Shown here in pieces: positions 54,466 through 64,000 of a stretch of DNA of 64,000 nt. The DNA lies in the NCBI RefSeq assembly GCF_009914755.1, contig NC_060929.1, one strand, 5' to 3'. A program made the translations under genes and the position numbers. The notes under the pieces are model-generated. The model worked only from the letters and a program-made list of their open reading frames with translations. It was not told the origin of the DNA and did no database searches. This DNA is from the human T2T-CHM13v2.0 reference genome, Homo sapiens. Each line of letters opens with the position of its first letter. The first letter of the stretch is position 1.

Positions 54466-56910
54466 TAATTCTGCCTAAGTAATTATCTGCTGGTACCAAA
54501 GAGATTGACAAAGAGATTCACTAACCTACCAGAATTTCCCAACCTTGTTCCAGGGTATTCTACATTAAATACTCATTACCAAGGAAATTCCACATAAAAG
54601 CTGTCATGCTTGATGGAGCCATATTTACATGAAACGTTGCAGCATTTTCTTCTTTAAACCTCTTCTACAATTTGACCAATTCCATGTTCCAGGGAGTACT
54701 CAGAGGCTGATTAGGACATGAGTTGTTAGCATGTGCTGCACTAATGGTTATGAGTCACATTTGTTTTGGAAGATCACCCTTAAAGCCTGTCACTCATGCT
54801 TGTTTATGGGAAATGCAACAACTTAAACATCAGTTAACAAATCCCCATGAATGCATGGTCATATTTGAGTGCTTCTAACAAATGCTTCCTTTCATTTCTC
54901 CCTTGACAGCCCTAAGAATTAAAGGCTGGTAGAGCAAACTGGGAGACATCCATGAACATTTATTAAAGGAAGCATAGGAGAGTATGATAACTGCAAAGCC
55001 AGCTGTTTATATTATTGGTGTGAGATTAAATTTCATCAGTCTTAAAACCTGCTTTTTACCACTAGAGAAATCAATCTGCCATATTTAAGGTTACATTAAC
55101 GTGGAACATTCCACGTACTGAACTGTCACATGCCTTTAAAATAACCATGCCATGCTGTTTTTTTTTTTTTAAATCATTACACATGAAACAAACAGCTGAC
55201 AGGTGGGGATCTATTGGTATATTCAAGTTTTTCATGTGAAAATTTCCCCCAATATTAGTGGTAATCACAATTTGATTATGAGAAACAAACATACCATATA
55301 TAGGCAGAACTATATATCAGTAGCCTTTATATTTGACAGCTCACTGTAAAATCCATACTATGATTCAGTGAACATATTTATGTCTTATGTCTGGGTTGAT
55401 CTGGTTGCCTTCAGCTTTCCTCACTTGAAAAAACTATACTTAAAAAACTGTAATTTAATGTTAAAGTTAATTAACACAGCAAATACTTATTGATGACCTA
55501 TTATTTACTGGGTACTATTTTCGGTGCTTGCAATGCCTCAATGAACAAAAGAGATAAAAACCTCTATGGTCATGCTGCTTGCTTTAGTGAGATATATGTG
55601 TGTTTGTGGGGTGGAGGACATGAATGTGAGGCAGACAATAGGCTACAAAAATAATAAATTATCTAGTATTTTATAAGGTGGAAAGAGCTATGGAAAACTG
55701 CCCCATTTGTTCCTCATCTGAGTATACCCAAAAGTTGATCTTTAATATTTTATATGAGTCTCCTAGGTTCTAAATGTTAGAAACTAATTAAAAATAAATT
55801 GAAACTAAACTAAATATCTTTGTGATCTCTCTGGCTAGAAGCCTCAGGACCAGTCCTCACTGTTTACTGATGAGGAAGCCGAGGCCCAGAGAATTAAACG
55901 ATGTAGCCCAGATTTCAAGCAGTTACTGTCAGAGGTAGGACCAAGACACACAACCTCCTTCTCTAGTGTGTTTTTCTCAATCGGTTGGCATTTAACAGCA
56001 AGTGTTTTAGTTGAAAAAATTTATTTGAAAATCTGTTTGAAACATGACAAAATAGGAAATACCTGCTTATTCCCTCACTGCAGAGTGGTCCTCAGCAGAA
56101 AGAAGATTTTGAAGTTTATGAATTATGTTCAGACAAGACCCTTATAAAATCACTCTCCTCTCTCCAGTGGCAGAAGCGTGGCCCCTGACTCCTCACCCAC
56201 CTTCATTCATCTTTCGTATTCCTTGAAAATTACCACTGAGTATTTTCCTTCTGCTTCCTGCAGCACCAGCAGAAAAGATGAGGATGCGTCTCTTGATTGC
56301 CATCACAAATCTCTTTCTTATGCTTGTTTCCATTCTTATTCTGCACATAACTTGGACTTGGCCATCATTCTTAGAGCTCCTCTAAATTGTTTGATTAAAA
56401 GATTGTTTATAAGTCCAGAGTCAGAACGGAATTGAAAAGGCACTGCACATTATGATGGAGAGGAATAAACTCCAGTCAAAAGTCATGGCTTCTGGACTCA
56501 CCACCCTAAGGCAGCCTCACTGGAACTTGCTTTTCCAACTGTCAGTGGAGTTTTAGAATTTTCCTACTTGCAAGCTTGTTGTGAGGATTAAATGGTTAAG
56601 AGAGATTGTGTCTGTTATGGAATTGTGAAAACTGTAAGTTGCAGTCCACACTGTAGAAATCTTAGTTACCTCTGCCCTTTCTTTCTCTAGAGACAGGTTG
56701 CTAGTGGAATAGACAAGTTTGCCATTAATTTGAAGGTTGCATTAAGCATATATTATGTTAGTGAAGTTGGTCTTCTGAAAGTTGGAAGGGACCTCAGAGG
56801 TCCTGTATTAGACCAACTGTGGCTGTTCCTTAGAATAAGCTGGAAGTTTTCTGAAAAATACAAATTCTGAAGCCTCATACATAGAGATTCTGATGTGGAA
56901 GATCTGGAAT

Positions 56911-58396
56911 TGATGGCAGCAGCGGCCCATCTGGAGCCGCTGCTGTGAAGATGCCGGCTGTAGTGGGGGAGGTGCGGCTGTGGTTGTGCCCTCCACAGAG
57001 CTGCCAGGTGGGAAGCCTGACCCTTCTGAGTTGGCAGGTCTGAAGCCCAGTGCTCTTCAGGCACAGTTGCAGCTGCCCATCTGTGCCTCTAGACCTGGGC
57101 ATCCCCGTGCTCTCGGGGGCCCAGGAAGCACCCCCTGCTCCTGCAGGCTTGGAAGTGCCTGCTATCACTCCCTGGCCTCTCCCTGCACCTGCACCCAGCA
57201 CCCGCTCCGGGGTGAAGCAAAGTCATGGCCAAGCCTGGATGCTGTCATGACCTGGTCAGGTGTGCACACACTCGGAGCAGTGCTGACACACCAGCCCCCT
57301 GGCACATAGGCACTCTCTGGACTTTGGACACCAACCAGCATGGGAGGGAGACTGAGAGGGCACTAAGGGGTGGTTCAGCGCAGGCCTGCAGGCGCCCCTT
57401 GGCATGAACAGCCTGGGTGCTGTGGATGACATGTAGATGGTGGCAGAAGGCAGACAGGCTCCTGGGCAGAAAGAGGCCAGTCCCCAGTGAAGCTCCACCT
57501 TCAAGCCAGGGATGGCCGGAAGCCTGGTGGCTGAGCTATCAGTTCCAGGTGGAGTCCTTGGCTGGGAGTGAGAACTTATGGTGCTTTATCCAGGCCTTCC
57601 CATAGCCACCCATGGACCAATAAGCACACCCTTCCTCCCTTCTGATCTCATAAAATCCCTGGACTTATCCAAACTTGGGCAGATGTCGGGATGACCTGCC
57701 TATGGATAAGAGCTACCCACTTCAGGTCTCCTGAGAACTGTACTGTCACTCAGTAAAGTATTTCTTCACCTTGCTCACCTTCCAGTTGTCTGTGTATCTC
57801 ATTCTTCCTGGATGTGGGACAAGAACTCAGGACCCACTTAATAGCAGGACTGAAAGAGCTGTAACACGAACAGGGCTGAGACATGCCTTCCCTGCCCACC
57901 ACATTGTAGGTGACAAGAACAGAAGAGCTACAGCCCTTTGGGGAGCCCAGACCTGTGTGACACCCTCTTTGGGGGCTCTGCGGTTTCTGTCATCTCCATG
58001 CTCCCAGGCGTCACCACATTCCCCTCGTCCAGATGCAGTTGCCCACGGTGGAAGCCATTTGCGTACATCAGATGCAGCCGCAGGCTTGCATGGAGCTGGT
58101 GCCTGTGCTGGTGCCTGGAGCTGCTCACCCCACCACGGCAGCTGGTGTACCTGGCTGTACACAGTGGCTGAACCCCATGCTTACCCACTCACGTATCCCT
58201 CATTGCTCCACGCCTGGCTTGCCCTTGGCAGGCATGGGGTCCAGGCTGGTAGCGCAACCCGAGCATAGCCTACCAGGCCGTTGGCAGAACAAGCCCATTG
58301 GGCCCGAGCAAAACTTGGGCAAATGTGCCACCAGCCACAAAAAGGAAACACAAAAGTTTCCAGCTGGAAAAGCAAGACCTGAAGAATCCTGCAACA
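56911..58396 (+). mobile_element. MER52-like (ERV1) solo LTR, 1486 bp
   Basis: GC-rich block from TGATGGCAGCAGCGGCCC to AATCCTGCAACA with a perfect 4-bp TSD GAAT (56907-56910 and 58397-58400). Internal CCAAT at 57617, CATAAAA at 57649 and AGTAAA at 57752. Confidence 0.85.
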
Positions 58397-58696
58397 GAAT
58401 GATGCTCTGGAGTGTTTTCTGTGTTAGGTGTGCTTGTTTGTTTGACTAAACCTCCAAACATGAGTCTGAAGATTAACCAGTTTGGGAAGCCTTGCTTCAG
58501 CTTTCTACTGACATTAAACTCCTTCTCCTCTCCCATTTCTGTCTTCACTTAGAAATGGAAACCCACTAATTACTCAAGATCTTACCTTTTCCATTCAGTC
58601 AACTAGGCCCTTGCACCCCCATTACTTTGCGGTTCCACCTTGACAATTGCTATTGCCAAACATCGGCATTAATCTATTTTGACATCTTCTTTCCAC

Positions 58697-58715
58697 CTGC
58701 TGCCCTCTAGTGGAA
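58697..58715 (-). promoter_or_regulatory. Strong CTCF core motif
   Basis: The minus strand reads TTCCACTAGAGGGCAGCAG, close to the CCACYAGRKGGCRS consensus. Confidence 0.7.
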
Positions 58716-60037
58716 GTGCTGACAAGCAGCAAAATATTTAACTGGGAACAGCAGGAAAGTGACCAGTTTGAGCTGGCCAGTTCACACAAGTCAGCGCAGG
58801 TCCCCAGCATGATGTCTACAGACTACAGCTATGCCAGAAATCGTTAGGATGGCCTCCAGCTGTTTGGACACTATTTGCACACAAGTTACATTTAGAGCAG
58901 AACTTTGTAAAGACCCTGGCATTTATTCAAGGGCTTTTTAAAGGTTTCAAAAATCTACCTGGAAAACATTACCCTTGGGATATTTTTGTTTCTTTGTCCC
59001 TCATTTTCTTCTTTTGTCATTTACCCAAATTCTTCTTCTTGCAAAAGAAGGTGGTTCTTTCCTGCCTTCCCTAACCTTTGAATTTTCCAAATCTTGCAAA
59101 AAATAAAGATATATATATCTTTAAATAAAGATATATATATATATATATAAATTCTTACAGTTTAGAAGCTTCCAGTCACCAGGTGAAAGGAATTCACATG
59201 AACTGAAAATTGACAATGTAAAGGACACTGTGTTCTCCTACTGTTCCTCCAAGTCTCTTTGCGGTCCGTTAGTAGTCTTCTTTTTTCCAGGAGACACTGA
59301 AGTTAAGAGAGTTTAAGAAGATTGTAGTATGTCACAAAGCAAGTGGAAAAGCTAGCACTAGAACTCAGGTCTGGCTGATGGAAAACCCTTATGTATTTTT
59401 TTTAATGTGCTTCTTTGGTGTTTAGTGATTATTTAGTCTTCCGTGAAGTAATAAATAATAACTTGCATGGTAAATGTTATTAAGGCTCGAGGTACTAAAT
59501 TTATAGCAAAAGTCATTCAGCTTTTTTTTAAATGAATGTTTAATAATCAGTGTGTCTCTGCATAATCTCCAATTACTCCTTTTAGCAGAGGAACATGGCA
59601 GGAATGCAGGTAAGTTTGGGTGGGAGGAAAAGACAGCAAAAGCCACAGCACTGATGCAAAGTTGAGACTAGATTTCACAGGGCAGATGCCGTATACTCCC
59701 TCAAGCTTTGAAGAAACTAAATAGTTATCTATGTTAACCAATAGGGCAGAACTCGTACTCCAAACACCGACATAAACCGTGTGTGTGTTTTGTGTATGTG
59801 TGTGTCTTCCCCCACAGCATTCTGCACAATTATTAACCCTTTTTGTGTAGTGGTTTTTCATAATTTTATCCTTGATTGTTAATATCATGGTAAGTGATGT
59901 GTTATAAATATATTTTTCCTTAAGTATCATAAACAATCTAAGATTTCATTTGGCTGATTTTTCTTTTCTTAGTATTGCATATCATTATTGCTGTTAGAAC
60001 ATTCATACAGATTATTCAGCTTCTTAACTAGAATGTA

Positions 60038-60062
60038 TACACACACACACACACACACACAC
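60038..60062. repeat. (CA)n microsatellite
   Basis: About 12 AC units. Confidence 0.9.
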
Positions 60063-61129
60063 GTGCATGTACAGAACTGCCTTCTTTCTCTTTGATGGTA
60101 GAAAATACAGCTCTCTATAGTAAGCAAATTTGCTTTCAGTCTCAGACATACCCTTCATTCTCTGCATGACTGGTAAAGAGCGGAAAGAGTAATACTTAGG
60201 ATCTGGATTCCAGTTCCCTGTTCTCTGACCATTTAAAAATTTTGTTACCTTGGCCAGGTAAATACAGTTCTATGAACGTCAGTTGTGCCTCAATTGAGCA
60301 GGCTTGTCCAAAGGATTCCTCAAGGATGAGGTATCCTTTCAGCTGTATGAGCTGAACCTTGATTTGTGCAATAGTTTAAGCCCCTGAATAGTCAGATAAA
60401 AATCATGTTAATTAAAATTAAATAGCTATTGGTAGGATCTGGTTTTCCACTGGCTTGCATGAATGATGTTTTGCCCTCCTTTCTGATACTCAGCTCAGAG
60501 GATTCCTTCCATTGGGTTTTCTTTCTTGTAGTTTTTCTGGTTCATAAATAGCCTATAGACAAACACTAAACTGTTACAGGTAAAAGGACCCTAGATTAAG
60601 CCTTTTATAAAACAAATAGTCCTGTGTAAATAATGACATCTTATTTTATGTGTGTGAATTTGAGTTTTAGGATGTAGGGCATGTCTGACTAGATAGCTAA
60701 AGGCTGAGCTCCAGGCAGCCAGCTGCTATCCAATCTCCACACCTGGAATGTTCCAAAAAACCTCCTGTGTTTTCTTTCTGCAGCTAAGCACTGATGAGCA
60801 GGATTTAAGAAGTACAGCCACACACTTTTTGCTGCACGTTTTTTAAAGTTTGTTATTTTTGTCATAGATTACTTGTTTTGAATCAAAAATTTTTAAAGAA
60901 AACTTAATCTCCCAAATTTTAACCCCCTTGAAGTTTCAGGATTCCAAGGAATATTTTTATTTTAAGATGCATAAAATACTCAGTACATGTACAAAGATAA
61001 TGCTTATAAGAAACTTAGAAAAAAAAAAAGGAGCTAGTAAGATTGAGAAGGGGAAGAATATCTAAGCTAACATTACTAACCTGGCAACTATTATAGGTGG
61101 CTGGATAGCATGAAGGCATAAAGCTGAAG

Positions 61130-61345
61130 GCAGTTAAGAAAATAGACTGGATTTGAATCCTGGCTCTACCTGGATTAGTTTTGTGACCTCAGAGAAGTTG
61201 CTTCCCTTCTCTGTGCCTCAGTTTCTTCATATGTAAAAGGAGATAACTATAGTGTCTAACACACAGAATTATTGTGAGGATTAAATAAGTTAATACATAT
61301 AAAGAAAGTCCAAAACTATGGCACACAAATGTTTAATATATGTAA
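61130..61345 (+). mobile_element. MIR SINE
   Basis: GGATTTGAATCCTGGCTCTACC...TCTCTGTGCCTCAGTTTCTTCATATGTAAAA...TTGTGAGGATTAAATAAG. Confidence 0.85.
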
Positions 61346-63490
61346 GCTATTATTGTTATAAAACTAAAGAAAGAGAACCCAGAAGACATTCAGTTTGGTG
61401 GGATTCAGATATATGTTTGCCTTTCCTCCTCCTCCTCCTCCTCTCCTTCTCTAACCCCACTATGCTTGCCTCCCAATCTATCCCTGACTCCTATTTTTCT
61501 TCCTCCCAACTTAAGAATTGTCACTAAAAATATTTAGAAGAAAAGAAAATGTGCATACTTCAGGGGGTGCCAAGCTTTTGGGTAAAGTACACTTTTCAGC
61601 TAACATGACTGTATCCAACAGTAATGGGCTTTATGGCAAGAAAAAGCTTTTTTCTCAATAAATGGGTTTTAACTTTGTAATGGATTATTCTCTTTGCATG
61701 GGTAATTCTTCTGGAAGATGGAAATTGGCTCGATGATAAGATAGGACAGTTGGATTTAGGGATCTAGATTAAGGGACTATCATGTATGCTTTTAGGAGAG
61801 AAGTTTAATCTGCAAAACCTACTTGTCTTATTTAATTAATTGTTGCTCTTAGCTGCTCAATTTTGTACAGGTGACTTGCATGAAAGCAAAATGTATGTCA
61901 AAATCCAAAAGCAGAGTGAAGCCTCGGGACTTCAGTGCTTTTGGGTGTCTTTCCAGACCTCTGCTCTTCCCCCACCCTCACCAAGGCCCCACTGACCTCA
62001 AAGGGCCCTTCTTGCCAGGCCGTGAATTACGTCTGAGCCAGAGGGCTGGGACTACAGCCAAAGCCAAATGAAGGTGCAGAATTTAGGACTAAAAAAAGCC
62101 TGAGCACGTGGCACTGGGTATAGCAGATAAATTTGTTGGAGAAATGGTTTATAAATAACATGAAAAGGGAAAGGGGATAGAGGGTCAAAATATTGAGCTG
62201 TTGAGAGTTGTTCAATATTTGAGGTCAGTCTCACCATTTTTAATACTGAACCCAAAAGTAATACACACTGAAAAAAAAAAAAAACTCACTGAATAAAATT
62301 AACTACAGCTGGGCTTATTTTTTCTTATCAAGACATTTGTAAGCAAGCATTTTTAAACAGGATCTCTATTATATGAAATAAATTTAAAAACATGTGTCTA
62401 CAGTCAGGACAAACAAGTGAACAAAAACAAGTGAACAAAAACAAAGCAAAAGCAATAAAGAAGCCCCATGAAGGCATTATGCTTTTCTGAGGACAGTATA
62501 AGGCTAGGATACTGCAGAAACTGAAATACTTAGGGATCTTATTGAAATAGTTTTCTTTTCCTCCAAACAAAGCAACCATCTCAGAGGGATAGATGGGCTA
62601 AAAGACAAGGAATAAAGTAAACAGAAGATTGGTAACTTGGGAGGTTTTCTTTTCCCCTTTCTCTTTTTGGTTTTGATTTGCTTTTCCCTTGTTAAAGCCA
62701 GAAAGGATAAATTTTGGTCCAGAACTCCCAAGACCAGAGGGTCAGGGAAAGCCACCCCGAGGCTGGAAGCTATGAACTTATCGCTAGTCTAAACTCCACC
62801 TCCTTCTTCCCTGGGAGTCCTGCACAAATATAACTGCCTGATCTTTCTGTTTACTGGCAAAGGTTTTGCTCCCTTCTCTTTCGTATCGGAATGTGAACTT
62901 GGGGAAAGATTTGGGGTTTTTTTTGTTTTTTTTTTGTTTTTTTAAGAAACAGAGACTTGACTTATTCCTCCCACAAACTCTTACCCTGGCACAGGGAGAC
63001 CACAAACTAAGTGAAAACAAGGTAAGAAGCTTAGAGAAATGGGACCATATGCCCTCCCCGGAGCTGAACCGTGTTCCCTGTCCACCATCACCTTGTCTTC
63101 CCATGCTACTACTCCACTCCTGTCTCTTCCACACTCTGGGTCACATGTCTACCCCTTACTGTGAGTTATAATCGCCCAGGAAGGGTAACCCATTGACTGA
63201 GGGCCAAGCTTCTGATAAGTGAATGAACTTGTCTTTTCTCCTGGCCAGATATCTGTCTTTGCCAGAGAGGGCTGAGTCAGGGAGACTAAGATTTTCAAGG
63301 TCAAATTGTATATTGTTTAAAATTGTGAAAATTTGCTTTGTGCATTGAATCTCATTTTCAAAATAAAATTATGCCTTAAGTCAGATCATACTGATGCAGA
63401 TTCTGCAGATGTTAAGAGGCTTCCATGATTGTATTTGCCAGCTGCAGGTCAGGCAGTGGTGGATGGTGGTAAGAAGTAACCTATACTTTT

Positions 63491-63803
<313 letters not shown>

Positions 63804-64000
63804 GTGACCTATAGTTTTGCAGTAGAATTTTGAATTCAAACTCAGGCTTTATATTTTCTCCAAAGTAAATTGTATTTTGTTCATTTTAATCCATTGGTTG
63901 ACTCTAATGAGATCTTTCTGACTGGAAATTCTGCCCTTTTTTTCCTCCATAACTGTATTACCAGTTATCTCTCATCCATGTGTTTGATAAATCCATATGA

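Noticed and set aside
56911-58396. LTR as a mediator of the known GHR exon-3 deletion (d3)
   Set aside because: I did not find exon 3 or a second LTR copy in the window. The d3 repeats flank exon 3, further downstream.
56753-58548. Dense ORF cluster with CpG-island-like composition
   Set aside because: Explained by the GC-rich MER52-like LTR bounded by a TSD.

Overview
Human genomic DNA (the AluYb diagnostic 7-bp duplication points to the human lineage), AT-rich and repeat-dense. It comes from the 5' part of the growth hormone receptor gene (GHR, + strand). The only supportable host coding sequence is GHR exon 2 (41198-41278; ATG at 41209, encoding [23 protein letters not shown], followed by a phase-1 intron). 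About 17-18 kb upstream lies what appears to be the liver-type GHR first-exon/promoter cluster (HNF4-type DR1 site, TG/GA repeat, two TATA boxes, splice donor after 23971). The rest is intron, filled with nested transposon fossils (THE1, Tigger1, L1, L2, MIR, MER/MLT, a MER52-like solo LTR, about 10 Alus) and simple repeats. Nearly all ORFs in the supplied track are repeat-derived or chance. The most unusual items are: a 28-bp tandem repeat in which each unit is a perfect hairpin, 1.5 kb upstream of exon 2; a young AluYb8-type half-element inside an older Alu; a tail-less internal L1 fragment inside Tigger1; a decayed minus-strand ORF at about 47.4-48.0 kb resembling SAMD3-like/CACTA-associated proteins; promoter-dependent uORFs; and a strong CTCF motif. 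I found no novel multi-gene system. Repeat subfamily names and boundaries come from recalled consensus sequences and are approximate.
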